Source: Octopus bimaculoides
Lineage: Eukaryota
NCBI RefSeq assembly: GCF_001194135.2
Contig: NC_069003.1
Location: 11,421,694-11,485,266 of the forward strand
DNA length: 63,573 nt
Reading direction: 5' to 3'
In this document: in pieces, positions 12,340 through 25,040 of the stretch
Numbering within the stretch: the stretch's first letter is position 1
Layout: the number at the start of each line of letters is the position of its first letter
Notes under the pieces: generated by a model
The model's input: the letters and a program-made list of their open reading frames with translations, nothing else
What the model was told of the DNA's origin: nothing
Database searches by the model: none
Program-made: the position numbers and the translations under genes

Positions 12340-13220
12340 AATGTTCAAAATACAGACTCCCTCAAATGTCAGGGGGCATCCTTAGAAGTAGTAGCAGTGA
12401 TGGAGATGTTCGGAAAGCATAGCTGCTAGAATAAGAAGAATAAGAATGGGCTGGGCAAAGTTCAGAGAGCTACTACCTCAGTTAGTAATGAAGGGTCTCT
12501 CCCTCAGAGTGAAAGGGAGATTGTATGATATCGGTGTACGAACAGTTAAACTATATGGTAGCGAGACATGGGCTGTCACTACTGAGAACATGTGAAGGCT
12601 TGAAAGAAATGAAGCCAGTATGCTCTGCTAGGTGGGAAATGTCAGTGTGCATATATGACGGAGTGCAAGTGATCTGAGAGAAAAACTGGGTATACAAGGC
12701 ATCAGATGTAGTGTGCAAGAGAGAAGACTACACTGGTATGGCCCTGTAATGGATATGAATGAAGACAGTTGCATCAAGAGATTCAAATTTCTAATTGTGT
12801 AGGGAATATGTGGAAGGGGTAGACCCAGGAAGAGGCAGGAGGAAGTGGTGAGAAAACTCTTCCGACATTGGCCCTCACAGAGGGGATGCTAAGAGACCAA
12901 GGGTTCTGGCGGTTTGCTGTGTTTGTGAAGACACATCATGCTTAATAAAACCACGGCTGTCCTTGCATGCAAGCATGTCCCTAGCATCCCTCTTCAGCCG
13001 AACAATCCTAATCTTGCAGGATCATGGGTGCCATTCTGGTGCTGCATAAAAACAGCCACTCCACTCTGTAAAGTGGTTGGCATTAGGAAGGGCATCCAGT
13101 CATAGAAACCATGCCAAAAACAGACATGGAACCTGGGTAGCTCTTCAGCTAGTCAGCTCCTGTCAAACTGTAACCAACCCATGCCTGTATGGAAAACGGA
13201 TGTTAAATGATGATGATGAC
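12340..13220 (+). mobile_element. RTE-clade LINE 3' fragment
   Basis: Degenerate GWAKFRELLP...GLSLRVKGRLY...LYGSETWA, RLHWYG, GRPRK motifs; 3'UTR ending GGAAAACGGATGTTAAATGATGATG. Confidence 0.9.
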
Positions 13221-13522
13221 ACATGTACCCAGGCATGCATGTTATATATATATATATATATATATATATAGATCAAAACAGTTTGATTCAAACTTCTTGG
13301 TATTCTGAGTTTCAAGCATGATGCTAATCTTCAGCCATCGGAATTTGAATGAAGAAAGTCAAATGTTTGTTACCAGACGTTAGTCTGCAATTGGTCGAGA
13401 AAAGTCATGTGGTGTCAGTTTGATGTTGGTATTTCAGCGACAACAATTACTTGGAAAATACCACATGGGGAACAGGAAATCGGTTGTATGTTTGGTAGGA
13501 GAAGTAGGAAGGAGCAGTAGAT

Positions 13523-13925
13523 GTGCGAGTGCATACATATATATGCATGTATGTATGTGCTTATATATTTGTGTGTGCGTGTGGCTGTACTTATGTGAGT
13601 GTATGTGTGCATAGATGTACATTCACACATCCATGCACACACACATACCCATACACACACACATGTATGCATACATACATATATATGCATACACACATAC
13701 ATGCGTGCATGTATTTACCCATGTATATATGCATGAGTACATGTATATGTGCATGTTTGCACATGAATGCATGCACGCATACACATATGTGCATACATAC
13801 ATGTACACACATGTACCCAGACATGCGTGTATATGCATACTAGTGTGTATATATCCATGTTTATGCACATGGTGAACAGATGTATATGTCCAAGCACACA
13901 CATGCGCATCTATATATATACTCAT
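13523..13925. repeat. Mosaic (CA/TA/TG) microsatellite-derived low-complexity tract
   Basis: Directly visible; produces His/Thr/Tyr/Met-rich ORFs in all frames. Confidence 0.85.
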
Positions 13926-14404
13926 GTGGTTATGTACACGGGGTGAGAGTATGCTAGCAGACAGGCATGCAGAAGCATTGGAGATTGGTGATTTGTGGTG
14001 CTGGTCATGGAGGTTAGTTGGTGACAGTGACCTTGGTGCAGGAGAGCAGCTGGTATGAAGGAAGTGTATCCGGGTTGTCAGCAGCCAGTGACTTGAAATT
14101 TACCAGAAGGTTATACCTCTGGTGACAGCAATAGGGTAGATTGTATTTCTTGTTTATGGATACTGCAGGTTGGTAGATGATATGTAGTTTTTTTCACGGA
14201 AGCAGCGCTGGTAGTTAAGGGCACCAGGTGAATATGGTGATGCCCTATCAGCAATAGTCTACTTGATGGTAGGTGTTTCATCTCGGAGGTCATGGGTTCT
14301 CCAGAGAAAGCACAACAGGGTAGTGGAGTTCTCTCTATTCCTGGATCTGAATGGGTGCATGTGCTGGGAGTACTTCCCTTGGAGTCATTGGCTGTCATAC
14401 CCAT

Positions 14405-14525
14405 ATAGTTCTGGGTTCAGTCCTACTGCATAGCATCTTGGACAAGTGTCTTCTACTATAGCCTTGGGCCAACCAAAGCTTTGTGAGTGGATTTGGTAGA
14501 TGGAAACTGAAAGAAGCCCATCGTG

Positions 14526-14571
<46 letters not shown>

Positions 14572-14735
14572 TGTGTGTTTGTTCTCCACCATCGCTTGAG
14601 AACTGATGTTGGTGTAAGACCGATAGAATAAGTACTAGGCTTACAAAAAATAAGTCCTGGGGTTGATTTCTTTGACTAAAGCATCTTTTAAGGTTGTGCT
14701 GCAGCATGGCAGCAGTCAAGTGACTGAAACAAGTA
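14405..14735 (+). mobile_element. SINE family A, 5'-truncated
   Basis: Match to family A. Confidence 0.8.
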
Positions 14736-16149
14736 AAAGAATGAAAGAATATATATATTTATATATGACGGGCTTCTTTTAGTTACTGTCCATGAGATCC
14801 ACTCACAAGGTTGGTTTGTCTGAAACTCTTTGTAGAAGACACTTTCCCAATGTACTGTATGGTGAAACTGAACCCAAGACCACATAGTTGGGAAGTAAGC
14901 TTCTTACTCACATAGCCATACATGTGGTTGGGTGGGAATAGATGGAGTTGTGCTAGAAGGAGAGATAATGATAATGGAGCTAATGAGTTCACAAACCATG
15001 CTTTAAGGTAACATGTCAAAGTAGGTGAAAAGGAGAAGGCATGGATGATGGCAGGCGGATTAGAATAGGGGCATAGATGTAGCCAGAGTGGGTTGGAGGG
15101 TTATGGAAATGAATAATAGATGAGAAAAGGGGTGGTGGTTGTGGTGGTCTTAGATAGATGGAGGTAGGAGCAATAGTCAATGGAGAGAGGGAACAATGGT
15201 AAGACTAACAAAATCCATCCTTATGTACATAGTTTATGAAATGAAGAGAGTGTACAGCATCACCATCGCCATCATCATCATCATCACCATCATTTAACAT
15301 GTTTTCCATGCTGGCATGGGTTGGAATATTTGGTAGGAGTCGGCAAACTGTAGAGCTGCACCAGGTTCCAATTGTCTGTTTTGGCAGGGTTTCTACAGCT
15401 AGATGCCCTTCCTAATGCCAGCCACTTTATAGACTATACCAGGTGCTTTTTACCTGACACTGACACAGGTGCTTTTTATGTGGCACCAGTGGGGTTGCTA
15501 AGTACCTTGCAACACAAAGACCTCTTAGTTGAGAAAGGGAGTGGAACCGAAAGAAGTGGGTGTGTGCCAGACAAGAGGTTAGAATATGATAGAGGGGCAG
15601 TGATAGTTGTCTTACTACAGAGGAGATACCTGGCCACCCAAGTAGGGCAGAAGGGAGGAGAAGGAAGATGGGAGAAAGTTAGAGAGAAAGATAGAAAGAC
15701 AGTCTGAATGAGAGAGAGAGAGAAATAGGTGTTGGAGATGCATTGGGGCCTACCCTGGGTGAACAGTGGTGGGGGGAAGGGATAAAAGGGGATGTTCCAT
15801 AAGAGTGGGTGGAGATATGTTTAAAGATGGAGGGAAGACATGACTGTAGCAAGTGCTGGTGAGGAAAATTGGAGAGGCTGGGAATGGATGAGGAAGAATG
15901 AGAGGGCATGGGGAGTGTGTGAGGATAGGCACACGAGAAAGAGGGAAGTGGAGGGATGGGGCCTGCAGCAGATGTTGGGAAGATGGGGGAGTTGTCAGAG
16001 GTCAGATATTGTGTGTGTGTGTGAGGGGAGGGCATGAGGGCAGGCGTGTATATGTGGATGGCCATGATTTCTCTTATCTTTACATATTTTCTCAAGGTAC
16101 AGCAAATTGCCAGAAGTCTCAGTCCCTTGTCATCTCTGTGAGACTCCAC

Positions 16150-16566
16150 ATCTGAAGATCATTTCTCACCGCTTCATCCCACATGATTCCTTGCCCCGTA
16201 AAATTCTGCTGACTGTTCTTTGAGCCACTTCTTCACTACAGTTTTCACTTCCTCGTCACTGGAATAATGTTTGCCTCTCAAATCCTCTTTCATGAGGCCA
16301 AAGAGATGATCATCCAGTGATGAGGAAGTGAAAACTGTAGTGAAGAAGTGACTCAAAGAATAGTCAACAGAATTTTATGGGGCAGGGATACATGCTTTCA
16401 TTCGAAGGAGGAACATTGCTATTGAGAGAAACGGTGGCTATGTTGAGAAGTAGGGATGTGATCCACAGAGGACCAGCTTCATTTTGATGTATGATACATG
16501 TTCCTCTGTTGGTAATTATACCTGTCCTAAACAAAATGGTATTACTTTTTGACTCACCCTTGTATG
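16150..16566 (+). mobile_element. Mariner 3' end with internal foldback duplication
   Basis: SSDEEVKTVVKK...NGGYVEK* encoded on both strands; TIR-like end TTACTTTTTGACTCACCCTTGTA. Confidence 0.8.
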
Positions 16567-17594
16567 NNNNNNNNNNNNNNNNNNNNNNNNNNNNNNNNNN
16601 NNGGGGCAGGGATACATGCTTTCATTCGAAGGAGGAACATTGCTATTGAGAGAAACGGTGGCTATGTTGAGAAGTAGGGATGTGATCCACAGAGGACCAG
16701 CTTCATTTTGATGTATGATACATGTTCCTCTGTTGGTAATTATACCTGTCCTAAACAAAATGGTATTACTTTTTGACTCACCCTTGTATGAAGGACAACT
16801 TCAGAACACTGTTACCTGGCACCTTGATGTACTCAAAATGACCTGTCCTTCACAACAGAAATGTTAGGGCCGCATGCCCTGATGAAGAGGATCAGCCTGC
16901 AAGAGTTCTGTGCCAGTGCCACATTAAAAGCACCCAGTACACATTGTAAAATGGTTGGTGTTAGGAAGGGCCTCCAGGCATAGAAACCAAGCCAAATCAT
17001 ACCATAACCTGGTGCAGCTCCCCAGCTTGCTAGCTTTGGTTAAATCGTCCAACCCATGCCAGCATGGAAAACGGATGTTAAAAGATGATGATAGGCATAT
17101 ATTTATGTAATTTATAAATAATATAAGAAATAAAAGTTCCATTTTATATGATTTTATTATATATTTCAATAAACTATACATAACAATTTTTTCATACATT
17201 TTCTTTGTATATATACAACTATAAAACAATATGTAATTAGTAACCCCTTATAATGAAGTTCAAATGATAAACTCAGAAAAGAAATTATAAATTATTGAAC
17301 ACCTTTTTAGTGGTAACAATAATTTAATGCACATCTTACTGTTCCATGCTGCTGGCTAACACCCAGTAGCCAGATATAACCAGCCAGTTCAAACCCTGAC
17401 TGCAACTGTTGATTAGCAGTTTTTGTGGTGACAGTATAAAGAAATATGAAGATGATAATAGCACACTGTTAATGAAGATTTCACTCAAAGAAATACTTGA
17501 AATGGTGTAGATTTCTGTTACATGTCATCAAGATGTATTTCACCCAATATGTACAAATGTTATTGAAAGTTGATTGAAAGAGGACAGTTGTTTG

Positions 17595-17986
17595 TTGTTG
17601 TTGTTGTTGGCACTCCATCGCTTACGACGTCGAGGGTTCCAGTTGATCCGATCAACGGAACAGCCTGCTTGTGAAATTAACGTGCAAGTGGCTGAGCACT
17701 CCACAGACACGTGTACCCTTAACGTAGTTCTCGGGGATATTCAGCGTGACACAGTGTGACATGGCTGACCCTTTGAATTACAGGCACAACAGAAACAGGA
17801 AGTAAGAGTGAGAGAAAGTTGTGCTGAAAGAGTACAGCAGGGTTTGCCACCATCCCCTGCCGGAGCCTCGTGGAGCTTTAGGTGTTTTCGCTCAATAAAC
17901 ACTCACAACGCCCGGTCTGGGAATCGAAACCGCGATCCTATGACCGCGAGTCTGCTGCCCTAACCACTGGACCATTGCGCCTCCAC
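17595..17986 (-). mobile_element. SINE family C (tRNA-derived head, (CAA)n tail), full length
   Basis: Minus strand starts GTGGAGGCGCAATGG...GGTTTCGATTCCC (A/B boxes); copies at 37298, 39499, 46997, 52930. Confidence 0.9.
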
Positions 17987-18319
17987 AGAGTTGTTTGTTA
18001 TATGAGGATTAAATCAAAACATATTTAGAGAGGAATGGTACATTGTGATATTGGTCCTTTCTCTGAAGTTAATAACAGTACAACCAAGTTGAGAATAGTT
18101 CAAAACCTGAAATCACACATGACAATGAAGGACATTTTATGTCTTTGAATCAGCCTTTTAGTCCTTTAGTTACCAAAATTCTGTTGCAATGAAATGTACT
18201 GCTTTTGTCTCAATTTTCAAATGATGAAGAACAATGTTGACCTCATGTTTGAAACATAGATTAATGTGAAATTTTGATGGGAAGTTTTAAATTTAGATCA
18301 CTTTTAAACAGGAAGTTTG

Positions 18320-18910
18320 TAGGCGTGGCTGTGTGGTAAGAAGCTTGCTTTCCAACTACATGGTTCAGTCCCACAGTGGCACCTTGGCAAGATGTCTTCT
18401 ACTATAGACTCGGGCCGACCAAAGCCCTTCATATATATGTGTGTTATTTCTTTACTACCCACAAGGGGCTACACACAGAAGGGACAAACAAGGACAGACA
18501 AACGGATTAAGTCAATTATATCGACCCCAGTGCGTAACTGGTACTTAATTTAATCGACCCCAAAAAGATGAAAGGCAAAGTCGACCTCGGTGGAATTTGA
18601 ACTCAGAACGTAGTGGCAGATGAAATACCGCTAAGCATTTTGCCCGGCGTGCTAACGCTTCTGCCAGCTCGCTGCCTTCATATATATATATGTGTGTATA
18701 TATATATTTGTGTCTGTGTTTGTCTTCCACCATCACTGCTTGACAACTAGTGCTGGTGTGTTTATATCCTTATAACTTAGCAGTTTGGCAAAAGAGACTG
18801 GTAGGTTAAATGTCATGATTTATAAAAATAAGTACTGGGGTTGATACAGTCAATAAAAAATTCTTCAAGGTGGTGTGCCCCAGCACAGCCAGTCTAATGA
18901 TAGAAACAAG
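18320..18910 (+). mobile_element. SINE A with nested antisense SINE B (about 18445-18675)
   Basis: CCTTCATATATAT duplicated around the SINE B insert. Confidence 0.8.
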
Positions 18911-19224
18911 TAAAAACTACCAAAGAATGAGGGCCAGTCTCAGGTGAGTTGCAGAACACATTAATTAATGCTGGTCTTAATTAATTTTGAAAATAACAAA
19001 AAATTTCGTGAAATAACTTTATCATTGTTAACCTGGTGTCTGAATTTTTTTTTTTTTGCTACCATATCTGTCTAGAAATACAATAATTTTGTCTTAATTA
19101 ATTTTGAAAATAATGACTTTAGTAAACTTTGATGAAAGGTTTTAATTTAGATCACTTTAAACGAGGGAGTTTGTGTCATAGAACTAGGGATAGTCTCAAG
19201 TAGGTTGCTATTAAGAGTTAAATA

Positions 19225-19405
19225 AAAGCACCTACTACACTCTCTGAGTGGTTGGCGTTAGGAAGGGTATCCAGCTGTAGAAACTCTGCCAAATTTAGAT
19301 TGGAGCCTGGTGTTGCCATCCGGTTTCACCAGTCCTCAGTCAAATCGTCCAACCCATGCTAGCATGGAAACCGGACGTTAAACAATGATGATGATGATGA
19401 TGATA
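19225..19405 (+). mobile_element. Family D 3' end
   Basis: Near-identical to 34550-34720. Confidence 0.85.
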
Positions 19406-19822
19406 GCAGCCAGGTCTCCATTAAAATATATTCTGTTATCTTAAAAAAGAAATATAACATACTTGGTAGTGGAAGCCAAGATAGACTATGTCTGAGGAGT
19501 GTGGGGGGGGGGGGAGAAGAAAAATACAATGGTCAGAGTTACAATGCTTTTCATCATAAATGAATTTGTTCTGGGTTGAGTTGCGACTAAAGAAGCACAA
19601 CAACAACTTTAAATCATGATTTTAAATTTCCATGAGCTTATCTATAGTCGACCTGCTGAAAATAGCAACCAAATGGTGTTGGCTACAGTCTGAAAGAAAT
19701 AACGACTTTTTACTAAACTACTACAACTGAAGACTTTTGAAGGGAAACAACCAAATCTACCGTTTTCTGTCTCTACCATGATCACCATCATTAGTGGAAC
19801 CTGCAGACTGGACAGTGGACAG

Positions 19823-20051
19823 TTAACCCTTTGACATTTGGATTTCTTTGTTAAATGTAATACTTATTTATTCCCATTATTTTGAATAAATAATGCATTA
19901 TCTTGTAGCTTTGATTATTTCAATGATGTGATTGTTCATTTTTAGAATGACATTGTAAGGTAGGTGTGAGAGGCCGGATCTGGCCAGTTTGAACATAAAA
20001 TGGGTGGAATATTTTGGCTGGATATTGACTGGTTTAAATGCTAAAAGGTTA
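19823..20051 (+). mobile_element. MITE family E
   Basis: TTAACCCTTT...AATGCTAAAAGGTTA. Confidence 0.75.
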
Positions 20052-20979
20052 CAGGCACAAGACCTGAAATTTTGTGGGTGGGAGTTACATCGATGCCAGT
20101 ACTTGGCTGGTATTTATTTTATCAAACCACCAAAAGGATGAAAGACAAAGTTAACATCAGCAGACATTGGAGATAATGAAACACTGCACCACTTATCTTA
20201 CAAAACCAAGTTTATAAGATGAATGGGGCATAGTTGTATGGTTTGTCCTTTCTCCACTCCCACCCTGTTTATTACTGTGCCAGGATAGGTTAAAGGGCAA
20301 AGTTAACCCTTGAATGGTTTTGAATGCAGAAGAAAGACATGGGTGATCTACTCTAAGCAATAATAATGTCTTCATTATATTCATTTGTACAAAAAATGTT
20401 AGAAATTGATAATAAATTCTTGAAATATTCTGATAAGTACAAAAATAAAAGCAAAAACAAAAAAAATAATAATAATTGCTTGTAATTTAAGCACAAGGCC
20501 AGCAATGTTGAGGGGAATAGGGTTAGTTGTTATCATTGACGGGTACTTTATGTTATCGACCCTGAAAGGATGAAAGGCAAAGTCATTGTAGAAGACAAGA
20601 GCCGAAACAAATAGCATGTATCATTTTTTCCAGTGCACCATTGATTCTTGTCAATTTTTTGCCCATTAAGAAATATATATAAAAGCAAGCTTGCAATATT
20701 AAGGACCTTTTCAGAAACTCATCTCTGGAAGTGACTTCTGTGGAATGTTGAAGGTGTCATTTGCCATTAATCAAATATCCCACCTCATCATTTAACGTCT
20801 GTTTTTCCATACTACCATGGATTGGACGGTTTGACAGGGGTCGGCTAGGCAGAAGACTGCACCAGGCGTCACTGTCTGTTCTGGCAGGGTTTTATGGCTG
20901 GACACTCTTCCTAACATAGCCACTTACAGAATGGACTATCCCCATATCATAAAAATGTTTCTATTTCTTTCTTCTGTAA

Positions 20980-21525
20980 CAGTGGTTCTCAACTAGGGAC
21001 CATATAAGATTTTGGGGGGTCCACATAGCAAAATAGTAAATTGGGAGTCCACAATAGTATTTTAAGGGCTGCTGGAAACATTTTGCTTTAAATTTATGTA
21101 TTGTTGTGTATTGCAAGAAACAACTAGGTTTCTTTCTCTAACAGTTTACATAGTTCAACCTATACAAGTTAATGTGTGAAAAACAAAATAGGAATTCTGA
21201 TAGAAATGTCTATAAAACTAGTTATTAACCCTTTAGCATTTAGCTTATTCTATCAAACATAACACTTATTTATTCACATTCTTTTGAAATTATTCTGCAA
21301 TATCTTGTAGCCTTGAGATTTTGATGATGCAATTGTTTATTTTTAGACTAACATTGTAGGGTAGGTATGAGAGGCTGGGTCTGATCAGTTTTGAACATAA
21401 AACAGAATATTTGGTCCAGATGTGGCCGGTTTAAATATCGAATGGCTATTGGGGTCCACCTGAATAAAATAGTTATCAAAGGGGTCCATAAATTTAAAAA
21501 AAAAAAAAATGGTTGAGAACCCTAG
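20980..21525. mobile_element. hAT-type MITE with nested family E MITE (21225-21445)
   Basis: CAGTGGTTCTCAAC...GTTGAGAACCCTAG; imperfect 8-bp flanks TTCTGTAA/TTCTACAA. Confidence 0.7.
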
Positions 21526-22059
21526 TTCTACAATAACAAAAATATAAAATTGCTTCAGTTTTTTTTTTTTAATTCATTTTTTAACCCTTTAGCATTTAAA
21601 CCAGTCATATCCAACCCAAATATTCTCCGTTTTACACTGAAGCTGGCCAGATGCAGCTTCTCATACTTACCATACAATATATACTATATTGTATGACTAT
21701 GTATGAACAAATACACACACACACACACATATCCAAATAGGAGTAGAGCATGTAAAATGCATGTTACATATGTTTCTTAACTAGCTGAAGCTCACAATAC
21801 AATTGTTATGCAGTAAATTCTACACAATATAGGTAATCATCAGGCTGTGTTTACCTAAATGAAGATTACATTCTTACACAGAATTTCTAAGTCAGCCAGT
21901 TTTCAATAGAGAAAAAAAGTGTACAACTCTCAATGCCAATAAATTGTTATTGTATCTAATCATATACTGTCCACATTCTGTTCTTGATATCAGCCACTTA
22001 CTGCTTGAAGCTTACAAACTCTCTACACTTGGACCCCCAGATCATATATATATATGATG

Positions 22060-22275
22060 AGAGATGCTGAAAAGTTACTGGCTTTGAGTACAAGAAAGTA
22101 CAGGAGGATCAGTTAATTATGATTTTATTTAACATATTCCCCTCTTAGATTCACAGACTTATTACAGTGGTCCTTCAGTTTTTCTAAGCCTTGTAAAAAG
22201 AACTAGAAAGGTTGTGCCTCCAACCAGGCCTTTTGTGATGCCTTTAAAGCGAGGAACTTTACAGCACCCCCTTCA
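22060..22275 (+). mobile_element. Short mariner-derived MITE (about 215 bp)
   Basis: TIRs of type GTGCTGAAAAGTTCCTGGCTTT; copies at 24481, 34098, 36430, 37822. Confidence 0.75.
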
Positions 22276-22774
22276 TATATATATGTTAGTTTCAGTGATG
22301 AAACTATGAAAACTGGAATGGGTTTAGTCACTTCATTCTTGCGGTTTAAATTAAATTGAAGAATTATCTTAGAAGCAGGTGAGATAGAAGAGAAAGGGGT
22401 GAAAGTAGAAAAGTAGATCGGGGGGGGGGGGAAGGGATGTTACACTAAGTTTGGTAATCCAACAGAGATGAAGTTTGGAAGGAAATAAAAAAGAACGGAG
22501 GAAAATGAAAAGGAAGAAATAGGAAAGAAATGTAGATAAAACAGGAAAGGATAAAAATCAAATCAAGGAAAGTTTAGTAAATTATGGAGATGGGAGTTTT
22601 TGTTTGTTTGTTTGTTTGTTTGTGTCTATTATTTTTTACATACTCAGTGATGTTTTGATAAGAATTCTTACTTTAACATGAGTTGTTTTCGTTAAATTCG
22701 CTTTCTCACTTCCGATAGAAGAGAAAACGCCAGAGTTTTCAGAATTGTTTGGCAGTTTTAAAGGAAACAAGTGC

Positions 22775-22809
<35 letters not shown>

Positions 22810-22839
22810 GTGAAAGAATGGATGAATGCTAGTATTTCT

Positions 22840-23685
22840 TCAGAGCACCCTATATTTGTAGAAATAGCAGAGACCATGACTGAAGTTCCAACCAACAATG
22901 AGAGACAGGAAGTATATAAACACTAGCAACGTCATTGGATACAGCAGGGAGCGGGTATTCTTGAGAAATGGCAACGCACTATAACCGAGGAAAGTTATGT
23001 AGACGTAGTATCCGATAGCAACAAGCCAAAGTGTATTACCAAACAGTCTGGACAGGAACAAGTCATAGTTTATCACAGAATTTAAGAAGGCTAGCTGGAA
23101 GAGATGTAATATCATCAGTAAAGGGAAAAAGGCGTTCAGGTGTACGTCGAACGCGTATCCCCATTCGACATCTTGACCGCGGGGTGGTGCAATGATAAGG
23201 TATCGGTTTGTAATGAACCATAACAAAGACGCGATCAATATACCGACACCGATGCAGTCAATAAAAATTACCCACACAATAAATTTTAGAAATCCAACGA
23301 AATGTAGTTTCAAAACAAAAGCAAATCCAATAGAAGACACCAGTAACCAGAAACTCAGCAAAACAAGAAAAGCAGGATCGTCGCGGGCCCACTGATCTTT
23401 GGTGTGTTTACGATACTGGAAGTTCCTGTAAACTTTTTGAGGAGACACAAACAGGTAAATCATCTGCCAGAAAGCATATTCGAAGTCCATCTGACGGAAC
23501 TTAAACAATCTCCGAAAATATTTCTTCCGTTTGGCAGCCGCAGTCAGTCTGGCCAAACCATTTTCTTGGCTGATTGTTGACGAATTACTTTCTAAAGAAG
23601 TTGACCGTCTAAAACCATCGAATGGCGATTGTTGAGGTTTGGGTGAAGGTGTAGGAGAGAGTGGAACTTTACCAAACGGCTGCAT
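22840..23685 (-). CDS. UNC50: UNC-50 family Golgi multi-pass membrane protein; single uninterrupted ORF, 281 aa
   Basis: Hallmark motifs RRLFKFRQMDFE, YRNFQYRKHTKDQWARDDPAFLVL, VEWGYAFDVHLNAFFP, YITFLGYSALPFLK; ATG to stop intact. Confidence 0.97.
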   Translation of the reverse strand: MQPFGKVPLSPTPSPKPQQSPFDGFRRSTSLESNSSTISQENGLARLTAAAKRKKYFRRLFKFRQMDFEYAFWQMIYLFVSPQKVYRNFQYRKHTKDQWARDDPAFLVLLSFWLLVSSIGFAFVLKLHFVGFLKFIVWVIFIDCIGVGILIASLLWFITNRYLIIAPPRGQDVEWGYAFDVHLNAFFPLLMILHLFQLAFLNSVINYDLFLSRLFGNTLWLVAIGYYVYITFLGYSALPFLKNTRSLLYPMTLLVFIYFLSLIVGWNFSHGLCYFYKYRVL

Positions 23686-23757
23686 AATCAGTTTACATTA
23701 AATAAACAAGATCAATGATATCGAATTGTTTTTTCTACGAGGTGACGTTTCACACGA

Positions 23758-23813
23758 CAGCCATATTGCCGGAAGTACTTGGCAGCCGAAAAAAACAACT
23801 AAAACTACTTCCG
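23758..23813 (-). promoter_or_regulatory. Candidate TATA-less UNC50 promoter
   Basis: GCCATATTG (YY1-like) at 23760, CCGGAAGT (ETS) at 23769-23776, ACTTCCG at 23807-23813; 70-130 bp upstream of ATG; motif function inferred. Confidence 0.55.
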
Positions 23814-24033
23814 TGAAGGGTAGATAACTCTCTTATAAAAGTAGTTTGATTTCTCTTTCGATGGTGGTGGTTAGGGCCTCCTTCGTGCCAACTCACTGTG
23901 GAAATCCCTCTCTGATTCTAAATACACACAAATATATTAATAAGTCCGTATATAATTTATTAGTAATTCATAATTATCGAGTTTTTCTATTTATAGGAAT
24001 CCAGGACATTCGGGCATTCCTACACCCCCGATT

Positions 24034-24138
24034 CCGATTATATCAGAATGTGTTGTGAAAATTCCCTCGTGTGAATTTTCCGAAACTCCTCATTTCACCT
24101 ACAGAAAAGCTTTTCACAACAAATTCTGATATAATCGG
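24034..24138. repeat. Inverted repeat, 28-bp arms (27/28), 49-nt spacer
   Basis: CCGATTATATCAGAATGTGTTGTGAAAA vs TTTTCACAACAAATTCTGATATAATCGG. Confidence 0.85.
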
Positions 24139-24480
24139 TATCTACTTCATCTGAAGCGTATTTGTAGAAAATTTCATTAAAACATATCAATTTTCCTGGA
24201 AGTTATAAGTAAACAAAGTCGGTGGGGAACATACATTTTAAATTATCTTTTATTTTTGCTTGTTTCAGTCATTTACCTGTATCTATGCTGGGACACCCCA
24301 AAGAGTTTAATTGAATAAATCAACCCCAGTACTCAATGTTTTTTAAACCTAGTACTTCATAATATTAGTCTCTTTTGCTGAAATGATAGGTTATGAGACA
24401 TAAACAAATATATCTATCTGTCTATCTGTGTATAGATAGATAGATAGATAGGTAGATTGGTAGGCAGGTAGGTAGATAGG

Positions 24481-25040
24481 AGGGAGTGCTGAAAAGTTCC
24501 TGGCTTTGGGTAAAAGGAAATACAGGAGGATCAGTTAATTATGATTTTATTCAACATAGTCCTCTCTTAGATTCACACACTTATTGCAGCGGTCCTTCGA
24601 TTTTTCTAAGCCTTGTAAAAGAACTTGGAAGGTTGGGCCTCCAACCAGACCTTTTATGATACCTTTAAAGCTAGGAACTATTCAACAGCCCCTTGTACAA
24701 CTATCTTGTAATGTCAAGGCAAGAAGGGAGAAACACATACATATATATGACAGGCTTCTTTCAGTTTAAATGCACAGTGGCTGTGTGGTAAGAAGTTTAA
24801 TTCCCAACCACATGGTTCAAGGTTCAGTCCTATTGTGTAGCACATTGGGCAAATGTCCCCCACTATAATCTGGTAGACAGAAATCCACTCACAAGTTTTT
24901 TGTCAGCCCGGGGCTGACACTTATTGAAGCAGTCGTTCAGTTTTCTTAAGCCCTGTAAAAGAACTTAGATGGTTGGGCCCCCCCAACCAGGCCTTTCATG
25001 ATATCCCTAACGCCAGGAACTTTTCAATACCCCCACCTCG
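24481..25040 (+). mobile_element. Mariner MITE containing a 285-bp copy of 37977-38261
   Basis: 24631-24915 aligns to 37977-38261 including non-repeat spacer and SINE junctions; MITE 3' part resumes at 24916. Confidence 0.8.

Noticed and set aside
14111-14404. 97-aa minus ORF; also 15679-16149, 39985-40461, 55443-55880
   Set aside because: No recognisable domain; low complexity or antisense to repeats.
16379-16790. 188-bp direct repeat
   Set aside because: Identical copies flank an N gap; probably an assembly artefact.
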